Origin: Desulfobulbus propionicus DSM 2032
Lineage (GTDB): Bacteria; Desulfobacterota; Desulfobulbia; Desulfobulbales; Desulfobulbaceae
Assembly (NCBI RefSeq): GCF_000186885.1
Contig: NC_014972.1
Span: 2,880,001-2,912,000 of the forward strand
DNA: 32,000 nt
Reading direction: 5' to 3'
Notes under the pieces: generated by a model
The model's input: the letters and a program-made list of their open reading frames with translations, nothing else
Databases searched by the model: none
What the model was told of the DNA's origin: nothing
Program-made: the position numbers and the translations under genes
In this document: positions 21,215 through 29,429 of the stretch, in pieces
How the letters are laid out: every line of letters begins with the position of its first letter
Position numbering within the stretch: position 1 is the stretch's first letter

Positions 21215-22048
21215 ATGCAATTGAAAAAAACGCTCCACCGCCGCTTTCCCGACCTCGATCCGGCGCGTCTGCCCGGCGGCTTTGACCGGGTGGGCGATAT
21301 CGCGGTGATCGGCATTCCCCCCGAAGCGGCGGCGCACGAACGCGAGATCGGCGAGATCCTTTTAGAGATGCACCCGACCATCCGGGTGGTGGCCAGGCGC
21401 GACGGCCAATATGGCGGCGAGTTCCGCACCCGGCCGCTGCGGATCCTTGCCGGCGAACAACGGCTGACCACCACCCACCGGGAAAACGGCGTCACCCTTC
21501 ACCTCGACTTGGCCCGCGTCTATTTCTCGGTCCGTTCGGCCCACGAGCGGGCCCGAATCGCCGCCCTGGTCCAACCGGGCGAGCGCGTGGCCGTGCTCTG
21601 TTCGGGCGTCGGCCCCTTTCCCCTGATCATCGGCCGCCACAGTCACGCTGCGGAGGTGATCGGCATCGAGAAAAACCCCGTTGCTCACCAATACGCCGTG
21701 CGCAACCTGACGGCCAACCGCACGAAAGCAACCGTCCGTTTCCTGGAAGGTGACGCGGCCTTGGTCCTGCCTGGTCTCCAGCGACGGTTCGACCGCATGC
21801 TCATCGTCCTGCCCCACGGCGGCGAAGCGTTGCTGCCCTGCGCCCTCGATGCCCTGAAAGCGGACGGCTCGCTCCACTTCTACGACATGGGGGCCAAGGA
21901 CGGCCACGCGGCCACCATGGCCAAGGTGGAAACCGTCTGCCGGCAGCACAACCGCTGCCCGCGGCCCCGCCGGGTGGTGACCTGCGGTCACTGTGGCCCG
22001 GCAACCTTCCGTTTCTGCCTGGATGCGGTCATCGATGCCACGGTGTGA
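21215..22048 (+). CDS. Trm5/TYW2-family class I SAM-dependent methyltransferase
   Basis: 'FDRVGDIAVIGIPPE', 'GEFRTRPLRILAGEQRLTTTHRENGVTLHLDLARVYFSVRSAHERARIAALVQPGERVAVLCSGVGPFPLIIGRH...EVIGIEKNPVAHQYAVRNL', which follows the Trm5 family block order. Confidence 0.85.
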   Translation: MQLKKTLHRRFPDLDPARLPGGFDRVGDIAVIGIPPEAAAHEREIGEILLEMHPTIRVVARRDGQYGGEFRTRPLRILAGEQRLTTTHRENGVTLHLDLARVYFSVRSAHERARIAALVQPGERVAVLCSGVGPFPLIIGRHSHAAEVIGIEKNPVAHQYAVRNLTANRTKATVRFLEGDAALVLPGLQRRFDRMLIVLPHGGEALLPCALDALKADGSLHFYDMGAKDGHAATMAKVETVCRQHNRCPRPRRVVTCGHCGPATFRFCLDAVIDATV

Positions 22049-22175
22049 GAGCCCGGTGTCGTTTCCACCCCTTCGCGATGATTGCGGTTCCTGAACAGCT
22101 GTGCTATCTTCACCCTCCTCTCATCGCACAACGGCCTGCCGTTCCCTCTTTTGTCGCCCGCAAGGAGAAAACTCC

Positions 22176-22751
22176 ATGGATCCCAAAGATTATATCAAGA
22201 AACAGCGGTTCTATCTCTATGTGGTCGCAGCCCTGATCATCGGTTTTCTCGGCGGCGCGATCTTTGCCGTGTACCGCCTGCCCCAGGTCAATGAGCCGTC
22301 GACCGCATCCCGCCAGCAGGAGGCGGCCGAGGCCATCGCCTCGATGGAAAAGGCGGTCCAGCAAAAACCGGACGACGGTCATGCCTGGGTGGAACTGGGC
22401 CACGCTTATTTCGATACCGGCCAGGCGCCCAAGGCGATTCAGGCGTACACCAAGGCCCTGGAACTGCTGCCCGGCGATCTCAACGTCATGACCGATCTGG
22501 GGGTGATGTATCACCAGGACAACCAGCATCAGAAGGCCATCGACCTGTTCGATCAGGTGCTCAAGAGCAACCCCAAGCATGAGCAGGCCCGGTTCAACAA
22601 GGGCGTGGTGCTGCTCACAGGCCTCAACGACCGCAAGGGCGCCTTGGCCGAATGGAAGACGCTTGTCCAGCACCACCCCATGGCGGCGGCCCCATCGGGA
22701 AAAATGGTGGGCGACCTGATCGACCAGCTGGAAAAGGAAGAGGGCAAATAG
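22176..22751 (+). CDS. Membrane-anchored tetratricopeptide repeat protein
   Basis: 'MDPKDYIKKQRFYLYVVAALIIGFLGGAIFAV' anchor, TPRs 'AHAWVELGHAYFDTGQAPKAIQAYTKALELLPGD', 'VMTDLGVMYHQDNQHQKAIDLFDQVLKSNP' (first block reads 'GHAWVELGHAYF' in the ORF). Confidence 0.88.
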   Translation: MDPKDYIKKQRFYLYVVAALIIGFLGGAIFAVYRLPQVNEPSTASRQQEAAEAIASMEKAVQQKPDDGHAWVELGHAYFDTGQAPKAIQAYTKALELLPGDLNVMTDLGVMYHQDNQHQKAIDLFDQVLKSNPKHEQARFNKGVVLLTGLNDRKGALAEWKTLVQHHPMAAAPSGKMVGDLIDQLEKEEGK

Positions 22752-22840
22752 GGTCGACAAGCACCATCCCGCTCGCCTCGGCATCAATTGTCCTGATCAA
22801 GACCATCGCTGCAATTGACCGCATGCACCGGGGTTCCCGC

Positions 22841-22869
22841 TTGACAGCTTATTTTAGCCCCACTATATT
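22841..22869 (+). promoter_or_regulatory. Putative sigma70 promoter upstream of the ilvB leader ORF and ilvBN
   Basis: TTGACA (22841-22846), 17-nt spacer, TATATT (22864-22869). Confidence 0.65.
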
Positions 22870-22905
22870 TTTAACTCTTTGACAAATATCCAGGGGGGAG
22901 TGCAC

Positions 22906-23085
22906 ATGGAACGCCAAGGCTTCCAGGTGCGTGGAGAAAACAACGGCGCCATGACACCCCAGACCCGGTGCCGCCTTTTCTCCTCTTCCGACCTGCCGGT
23001 CCACAACCCGGCACCAGAAATCCCCAGCCACATCAACGTATCCCGGATGGAACCGCACACCAACAAAGGACTACTGTATGAGTAA
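22906..23085 (+). CDS. Small leader ORF overlapping the ilvB start (59 aa), function unknown
   Basis: SD-like AGGGGGGAG 5 nt before ATG at 22906. 'MERQGFQVRGENNGAMTPQTRCRLFSSSDLPVHNPAPEIPSHINVSRMEPHTNKGLLYE*'. Its stop (23083-23085) overlaps the ilvB ATG (23078). Confidence 0.4.
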   Translation: MERQGFQVRGENNGAMTPQTRCRLFSSSDLPVHNPAPEIPSHINVSRMEPHTNKGLLYE

Positions 23086-24778
23086 AATCAAAGGTTCGCA
23101 GGCCATTATCAAATGTCTGCAGGAAGAAGGCGTGGAACTTCTGTTTGGGTACCCAGGCGGCGCCGTTATTGAGCTGTACGACGAGTTGTGCAAGAGTCCC
23201 ATCCGCCATGTTCTGGTCCGCCACGAACAGGGTGCGGTTCATGCGGCCGACGGCTTTGCCCGCGCCACCGGCAAGGTCGGAGTGGCGCTGCTGACCTCCG
23301 GTCCCGGCGCCACCAACGGTGTCACCGCCATTGCCACCGCCTACTGCGATTCCATTCCCCTGGTGGTGCTCACCGGCCAGGTACCCCGGGCCCTGATTGG
23401 CAACGATGCCTTCCAGGAGGTGGACATCGTCGGTATCACCCGTCCCTGCACCAAGCACAACTACCTGGTCAACGATCCGGACGATCTGGTGCCGGTGTTG
23501 CGCGAGGCCTTCTACCTCGCGGCTTCCGGCCGGCCCGGGCCGGTGCTGGTCGACCTGCCCAAGGACATCATCGGTTCGCAGATCGCCTATCCGCCGAAAA
23601 AACCGATCAAGATGCAGACGTATCAGCCCAACGTCAATCCACATCCCAACCAGGTGGAAAAGGCCTGCCGGGCTTGCCTCAAGGCAAAGAGGCCGGTGCT
23701 CTATGTCGGCGGCGGCGTCATTCTCTCCGGCGGCAACCAGGAACTGACCCACCTGGCCCGTCGGCTCAACATCCCGGTCACCATGACCCTGATGGGCTTG
23801 GGCGGCTTTCCGGGCACCGATCCGCTCTCGCTGGGCATGCTCGGCATGCACGGCAGCTACGCGGCCAACATGTCGGTGGCCAAAAGCGATCTGCTAATCG
23901 CCGTGGGCGCCCGTTTCGATGACCGGGTCACCGGCCGGCTCGACGCCTTCGCGCCCCAGGCCAAAATCATCCACATCGATATCGACCCCACCTCGATCAG
24001 CAAGAATGTCGAGGTCGACATTCCGATTGTCGCCGACTGCAAGCTGGCCCTGGCGGCTATGAACGGCTGGCTGGACAAATCGAGCGAATTCAATGCCCAG
24101 GAGGTGGTCGAGCTGCATCAGCCCTGGGTCGAACAGGTCAAGGAGTGGGACGCCAAGCACCCGCTGGCCTACATGGCCGAGGGCGAGGTCATCAAGCCGC
24201 AGTATGTGATCGAGACCCTGCACAACCTGACCGGCGGCGAGGCGATCATCACCACCGAAGTCGGCCAGAACCAGATGTGGGCCGCGCAATTCTACAAGTT
24301 CAACCACCCGCGTCGGCTGCTGACCTCCGGCGGGCTGGGCACCATGGGCTACGGCCTGCCGGCCGCCATCGGCGCCCAGATGGCCTTTCCCGAGGCGACG
24401 GTCATCGACGTGGCCGGCGACGGTTCCATCCAGATGAATATCCAGGAGCTGGCCACGGCCAGGGAGTGCGGCGCGCCGGTCAAGATCGCCATCCTCAACA
24501 ACAACTACCTCGGCATGGTTCGCCAATGGCAGGAGCTGTTCTACAACCGCCATTACGCATCGACGGTCATGGAAGTCACCCCGGATTTCGTCGCCCTGGC
24601 GCAGGCCTACGGCGCGGTCGGCCTGCGGGCCAAGACCAAGGCCGAGGTCGAACCGGTGATCAAGGAAGCCCTGGCCACCAAGAATGTGGTGATCATGGAC
24701 TTCGCCATCAGCCGCGAGGAAGGCGTGTTCCCGATGGTGCCGGCCGGCAAGGCCACCACCGAGATGCTCCTGGTCTGA
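23078..24778 (+). CDS. ilvB: Acetolactate synthase, large (catalytic) subunit, biosynthetic type
   Basis: 566-aa ORF: 'VELLFGYPGGAVIELYDEL', 'VRHEQGAVHAADGFARATGKVGVALLTSGPGATN', 'VVLTGQVPRALIGNDAFQEVDIVGITRPCTKHN', 'VIDVAGDGSIQMNIQELATA...ILNNNYLGMVRQWQELFY'. Confidence 0.97.
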   Translation: MSKIKGSQAIIKCLQEEGVELLFGYPGGAVIELYDELCKSPIRHVLVRHEQGAVHAADGFARATGKVGVALLTSGPGATNGVTAIATAYCDSIPLVVLTGQVPRALIGNDAFQEVDIVGITRPCTKHNYLVNDPDDLVPVLREAFYLAASGRPGPVLVDLPKDIIGSQIAYPPKKPIKMQTYQPNVNPHPNQVEKACRACLKAKRPVLYVGGGVILSGGNQELTHLARRLNIPVTMTLMGLGGFPGTDPLSLGMLGMHGSYAANMSVAKSDLLIAVGARFDDRVTGRLDAFAPQAKIIHIDIDPTSISKNVEVDIPIVADCKLALAAMNGWLDKSSEFNAQEVVELHQPWVEQVKEWDAKHPLAYMAEGEVIKPQYVIETLHNLTGGEAIITTEVGQNQMWAAQFYKFNHPRRLLTSGGLGTMGYGLPAAIGAQMAFPEATVIDVAGDGSIQMNIQELATARECGAPVKIAILNNNYLGMVRQWQELFYNRHYASTVMEVTPDFVALAQAYGAVGLRAKTKAEVEPVIKEALATKNVVIMDFAISREEGVFPMVPAGKATTEMLLV

Positions 24779-24855
24779 GAACCGGGCCAAAAGACATGTG
24801 ACCGGCCCCAGCCGGCCGAACTGAACCGAGATTATCGTCGAACAGGACAACGACC

Positions 24856-25338
24856 ATGAAACATACCCTGAGTGTCTTACTGCGCAACCGCCCCGGCGCC
24901 CTTTCCCGGGTCACCGGCCTCTTCAGCGGCCGTTGCTTCAACATCGAGAGCCTGTGCGTGGCCGAAACCTACGACCCGCAGGTTTCCTGCCTGACCGTGG
25001 TCACCAGCGGCGAGGCGGCCATCATCGAGCAAATCACCAAACAATTGCACAAGCTGATCGACGTGATCAAGGTCAACGATGTCAGCGAGGGTGAATTCGT
25101 CGAGCGGGAAATGGCCCTGATCCGGGTCAAGGCCGAGGCCAGCACCCGGGCGGAGGTGCTGCGGATCATCGACATCTTTCGCGGCAAGGTGGTCGACGTC
25201 AGCCCCAATTCCTATGCCCTGGAAATCACCGGCTCCGAATCCAAGATCAAGGCGGTGATCGACATCTTGCGGCCGCTGGGCATCAAGGAGATCGTGCGCA
25301 CCGGCAAGATCGCCATGATGCGCGCTCCCAAAAAATAA
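24856..25338 (+). CDS. ilvN: Acetolactate synthase, small (regulatory) subunit
   Basis: 'MKHTLSVLLRNRPGALSRVTGLFSGRCFNIESLCVAETYDPQVSCLTVV' ACT domain, adjacent to ilvB. Confidence 0.96.
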   Translation: MKHTLSVLLRNRPGALSRVTGLFSGRCFNIESLCVAETYDPQVSCLTVVTSGEAAIIEQITKQLHKLIDVIKVNDVSEGEFVEREMALIRVKAEASTRAEVLRIIDIFRGKVVDVSPNSYALEITGSESKIKAVIDILRPLGIKEIVRTGKIAMMRAPKK

Positions 25339-25390
25339 CCGCCGCTCCCGGCGGTGCAGCCTAAGCCGACAACCCTTTCCCTGGAATCCC

Positions 25391-26062
25391 ATGCAGAAAA
25401 CCGAACTTCCCCTGGCCGTTGAAGGGTTTCCCTTCATCCTGTTCAGCGGCTTTGCCACCCTGATCCTTGCCCTGCTCGACCTGCCCCTTCCAGCCCTTGT
25501 TGGCCTGCTGCTCACCGCCTTTGTCACCTACTTTTTCCGCGATCCCGTCAGGGTCCTGCCCGAGGAGGCACATGCCGTCATCTGCCCGGCGGACGGCAAG
25601 GTCATCGTGGTCGACGAGATCGACGACGACCGCTTTCTCCATGCCCGGGTGCGGAAAATTTCGATTTTCATGAATGTGTTCAACCCCCATGTCAACCGCT
25701 TTCCCCTGGCGGGCACCGTGGAAAGGGTGTTGTTGTCGCCCGGACGTTTTTATGCCGCCGACAACGACAAGGCGACCCTGCACAACGAATACTGCGCCCT
25801 GACCCTGACCACTCCAGACCAACAGCGCTACACGGTGGTGCAGATCGCCGGACTGATCGCGCGCCGCATTGTCTGCCGCGCGGAAAAGGGCGATCAGGTC
25901 AGCGCCGGCGAGCGCTTTGGCATGATCCGCTTCGGCTCGCGGGTCGATCTCTACCTGCCGCTCTCCACCCGCATAACAGTGGCGCTCGGTGAAAAGGTTC
26001 GAGCGGGCGAGACCGTGCTCGGCTACCTGGAACCGGCCCACGCGGAAGAACCTGTTGCCTAA
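25391..26062 (+). CDS. psd: Phosphatidylserine decarboxylase proenzyme
   Basis: 'ICPADGKVIVVDE', 'ISIFMNVFNPHVNRFPLAGTV', 'NEYCALTL', cleavage motif 'IRFGSRVDLYLP'. Confidence 0.95.
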   Translation: MQKTELPLAVEGFPFILFSGFATLILALLDLPLPALVGLLLTAFVTYFFRDPVRVLPEEAHAVICPADGKVIVVDEIDDDRFLHARVRKISIFMNVFNPHVNRFPLAGTVERVLLSPGRFYAADNDKATLHNEYCALTLTTPDQQRYTVVQIAGLIARRIVCRAEKGDQVSAGERFGMIRFGSRVDLYLPLSTRITVALGEKVRAGETVLGYLEPAHAEEPVA

Positions 26063-26209
26063 CTCCCCATTTCATCGTATTCTGTATACACAAAACCCTG
26101 GCGCCACAAGTGGACCAGCCTGTGCCCATCGATTCTTTCAAGCGCTGGCGATCAGGCCGTGACTAATCCGCGCCGCTTTGCGGCGCTTTTTCCCCTCGCA
26201 CTGACCATG

Positions 26210-26965
26210 GAAAGCACTCAGCCCACCAACCGTTTGTACATCGTTCCCTGCATGCTGACCATCTGCAGTCTGTTCAGCGGCTTTTACTCGATCGTTTCCT
26301 CGATCAACGGCCATTTCTTTGCCGCCGCCGTGGCCATCATGGTGGCCGCTGTCTTTGACGGCTTGGACGGCAGGGTGGCGCGTATGACCGGGTCCACCTC
26401 CACCTTCGGCATGGAACTGGATTCGTTGTGCGACATGGTGGCCTTTGGCGTGGCCCCCGGCGTGCTCGCCTATCTCTGGGCCCTCACCCCCTACGGCCGC
26501 TACGGCTGGCTGGCGGCCTTTCTCTACGTCGCCGCCACCGCCCTGCGCCTGGCCCGCTTCAACTCGCAAAGCGTGACCAACGCGGGCCACCATGACTTCA
26601 CCGGCCTGCCCTGCCCGGCAGCGGCGGGGATGATTGCCACCTCGGTGATGTTCAGCACCCATGTGTTCAAAACCACGGACACGGTGCAGAACATCCTGTT
26701 GCTGTTGTTGGTGTATCTGCTCTCCTACCTGATGGTTTCCACCCACCGGTACCTGAGCTTCAAACACATGGACATTCCCAAGGAGAAACGGTTTCAGCTG
26801 TTCATCGGCCTGATCCTGCTGCTCATTCTCCTGGCCAGCGAACCGCCCATCACCCTGTTCATCGCCTCGCTGCTTTACATCTTTTCCGGTATTTTCATGG
26901 CGATCAGGGCGCGCCTGCGGCGTAAAAAACCGGAAGCGGTCCCCCAGGAAAAGCTACCGCTGTAA
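26210..26965 (+). CDS. pssA: CDP-diacylglycerol--serine O-phosphatidyltransferase
   Basis: CDP-alcohol transferase signature 'VFDGLDGRVARMTGSTSTFGMELDSLCDMVAFGVAPG', multiple TM segments, adjacent to psd. Start uncertain (26159 or 26210). Confidence 0.95.
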   Translation, partial: ESTQPTNRLYIVPCMLTICSLFSGFYSIVSSINGHFFAAAVAIMVAAVFDGLDGRVARMTGSTSTFGMELDSLCDMVAFGVAPGVLAYLWALTPYGRYGWLAAFLYVAATALRLARFNSQSVTNAGHHDFTGLPCPAAAGMIATSVMFSTHVFKTTDTVQNILLLLLVYLLSYLMVSTHRYLSFKHMDIPKEKRFQLFIGLILLLILLASEPPITLFIASLLYIFSGIFMAIRARLRRKKPEAVPQEKLPL

Positions 26966-27001
26966 CTCCGCGCTCCCATCACCCATTTTTGGTTGTCCGT
27001 T

Positions 27002-27589
27002 GTGCGCATCACCGGCGGCAGCGCCAGGGGGCGCAAACTCCTCACCCCCCGATCCGACCGTATCCGACCGACCTGCGACCGGGTTCGCGAGGCTCTGTTC
27101 AACATCCTCGGCTCGCGGATCAAGGGAGCCCGGGTTCTTGATCTCTTTGCCGGCACCGGCGCCATCGGCACCGAGGCCCTGAGCCGGGGGGCGGTGTTCG
27201 CCCTCTTTGTCGACCGGTCCCTGGAGGCAGGCCGTCTGATCGAAGCCAATCTCCGTGCCTGTCTTTCCCATCCCCGCGCAGCCTTTCTCCAGCTGGATCT
27301 GGCCGAATCCACTTCCCTGCATCTGCTGCCGGCCCGGATGAAGCAGCCCGTTGAACGCTTTGACCTGGTGTTCATGGACCCGCCCTACCAAAAAAATCTG
27401 GCCCACCGGGCACTGACAATGGTAGAACCAGCAGACATCCTGGCAGCCGGCGGTCTGGTGGTGGTGGAAGAGCACCACCGCGTTTCCCTGCCTGAAACCG
27501 TCGGCACCCTGGTTCTTGACGATCACCGCCGCTATGGAGAAACCGGTCTCTGGCTGTACCAGCGGCATAGAGACGCATCCCATGAATGA
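27002..27589 (+). CDS. rsmD: 16S rRNA (guanine(966)-N(2))-methyltransferase
   Basis: 'VRITGGSARGRKLLTP', 'RPTCDRVREALFNILG', 'GARVLDLFAGTGAIGTEALSRGA', catalytic 'VFMDPPYQKN'. ORF track opens at 26993. Confidence 0.93.
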   Translation: MRITGGSARGRKLLTPRSDRIRPTCDRVREALFNILGSRIKGARVLDLFAGTGAIGTEALSRGAVFALFVDRSLEAGRLIEANLRACLSHPRAAFLQLDLAESTSLHLLPARMKQPVERFDLVFMDPPYQKNLAHRALTMVEPADILAAGGLVVVEEHHRVSLPETVGTLVLDDHRRYGETGLWLYQRHRDASHE

Positions 27590-28112
27590 AGCCTGCACCC
27601 CACCCCATGACCGCGAACGGAGCGGAGCATTCCGCACAGCCGTCTATCCCGGAACCTTTGACCCGATCACCAACGGCCACATTGATATCATCGAGCGCGG
27701 CCTGCATCTCTTTGACCGGATCATCGTCACCGTGGCCGTCAACGTGCAAAAAACCCCGCTGTTCACCCTCGAAGAGCGCTGCGCCATGATCCGCGAATGC
27801 TTCAAGCACGCCGGGACCCAGGTGGAGGTCGGCTTCACCGACGGCCTGATCGTCGATTACGCCTTGCGCCACAACGCCCGCACCATCATCCGCGGCCTGC
27901 GGGCCATCTCTGACTTTGACTACGAATTTCAGCTGGCGCTGATGAACCGGCGGCTGGAGCGCTCGGTGGAAACGGTCTTTCTCATGACCGGATTCCGCTG
28001 GATTTACATCAGCTCCAGCGGCATCAAGAACGCGGCCCGCTGCCATGGCAACGTCAGCGGATTGGTACCCGAGCATGTCGAACGGGCCCTGCAGGAAAAA
28101 TTTGCCCGATGA
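27582..28112 (+). CDS. coaD: Pantetheine-phosphate adenylyltransferase
   Basis: 'TAVYPGTFDPITNGHIDIIERG', 'TIIRGLRAISDFDYEFQLALMNRRL', 'YISSSGIKNAARCHGNVSGLVP'. Overlaps the rsmD end. Confidence 0.96.
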   Translation: MNEACTPPHDRERSGAFRTAVYPGTFDPITNGHIDIIERGLHLFDRIIVTVAVNVQKTPLFTLEERCAMIRECFKHAGTQVEVGFTDGLIVDYALRHNARTIIRGLRAISDFDYEFQLALMNRRLERSVETVFLMTGFRWIYISSSGIKNAARCHGNVSGLVPEHVERALQEKFAR

Positions 28113-28543
28113 ACGGACCGCTCGTCGAACGCCGCACCTTCATCGGCCGCGGCATGCAGTGGCTGGCGGCAGTGGTTTCCGCCGCGTTCCTCTATCCTCT
28201 GCTCCGTTTCACCGGCCACCGGATTCCGCGCAAGCCCCGTCTGGTCGAGGTGGCCGCACCTCTGCCGCTCACCGGCGTGTATGTGGACCAGGATTTTCTC
28301 CTCCTTGCCGATCCGCATAAGGCCGAAGGGGCCATGGCGGTCTCCCGCATCTGCACCCATCTTGGCTGCCGGGTCAATTACCAGCAGGACAAACAGCTCA
28401 TCGAATGCCCCTGTCATCAAAGCCGTTTTACCCTGAGCGGCCAACGGATCAGCGGTCCCGCGGAAAAGGATCTGCCTGTCCATGAGGTCACCGTGAACAG
28501 GGACGCCGACGGCCGGGTGGTCAGCTACGTGGTCACGATCTGA
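28109..28543 (+). CDS. Rieske (2Fe-2S) iron-sulfur protein, membrane anchored, of a cytochrome bc/b6f-like complex
   Basis: 'ERRTFIGRGMQWLAAVVSAAFLYPLLRF' anchor, cluster motifs 'CTHLGC' and 'CPCHQS', 'GPAEKDLP'. Confidence 0.93.
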   Translation: MNGPLVERRTFIGRGMQWLAAVVSAAFLYPLLRFTGHRIPRKPRLVEVAAPLPLTGVYVDQDFLLLADPHKAEGAMAVSRICTHLGCRVNYQQDKQLIECPCHQSRFTLSGQRISGPAEKDLPVHEVTVNRDADGRVVSYVVTI

Positions 28544-29409
28544 TGGCCCTGCGCGCGCGTGACGGCTGGCCCAATCCACTCCGCTGGCTCCTGAGCCATC
28601 CCTGGGGCGGCGGATCGCTGATAAGCCTCTTCCTCTCGGTCGTTTCCGGCATTGTCGTGGCCCTGCAATACGATCCGACCGAACCCTTCTATTCGACCAC
28701 CACCATCGAGCTGGTGGTGCCCTATGGCTCCTTCTGGCGCGCTCTGCACTACTTTTCCAGCCAAGCCTTTTTCCTGCTGCTGCTGGCGCATGTGGTCGTG
28801 GTGCTGTGGAAAAACGAGGCCGACTATCGGCGGGGCGCCTGGGTGCGCCTCTGCGCCACCCTGCCCTGCGGGCTGTTGCTGCTGTTCACCGGCTACGTGC
28901 TCCGGGGAGACGCCACCGGCGAAGCGGCCGGCGCCATTGCCGAGCACATCTGTCTTTCGGTGCCGCTGATCGGGCCGGCGCTCAACGATGTCCTCTTTGA
29001 CTTGGCCGAAAGCGGACTGCGCAAGGTCTACGCCCATCATGTCATCGGCCTGGTGGTGCTGGGCGGCATGGCTGCCTGGCCGCACCTGCGCCGCTATACC
29101 GCCCGCTGGCGCAATCACCTGCCCCTGGTGGCGCTGACCGTGCTGATTTCCGTGGCCGTGGCCGCACCAATTGAACCCAACCGGTTCGGCTTGCTGTTCA
29201 TCGCCGGTCCCTGGTTTTTCCTCGGCCTGCAGGAGCTGTTGCGCTATTGGCCCCCCTTTGTCGCCGGCGTGCTGGCGCCGCTGCTGCCGCTGGCCCTGCT
29301 GTTGTGGCTGCCGAAAGCGCGCCGCTCCCGCACCCTGGCCCTGCTGGCCATCGGTCTGTGGCTGGCGTTCTACATTGGCCTAACCGTTTTGTGCCTCCAG
29401 CGGATTTGA
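28543..29409 (+). CDS. Cytochrome b (b6/subunit IV-like fusion, short)
   Basis: 288-aa ORF. Heme-ligand His pairs at spacings of 14 (HYFSSQAFFLLLLAH) and 15 (HVIGLVVLGGMAAWPH), then three further TM segments. Directly after the Rieske gene (TGATGG overlap). Confidence 0.88.
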   Translation: MALRARDGWPNPLRWLLSHPWGGGSLISLFLSVVSGIVVALQYDPTEPFYSTTTIELVVPYGSFWRALHYFSSQAFFLLLLAHVVVVLWKNEADYRRGAWVRLCATLPCGLLLLFTGYVLRGDATGEAAGAIAEHICLSVPLIGPALNDVLFDLAESGLRKVYAHHVIGLVVLGGMAAWPHLRRYTARWRNHLPLVALTVLISVAVAAPIEPNRFGLLFIAGPWFFLGLQELLRYWPPFVAGVLAPLLPLALLLWLPKARRSRTLALLAIGLWLAFYIGLTVLCLQRI

Positions 29410-29429
29410 CCCGGCCCTGGCCGTCGCGC

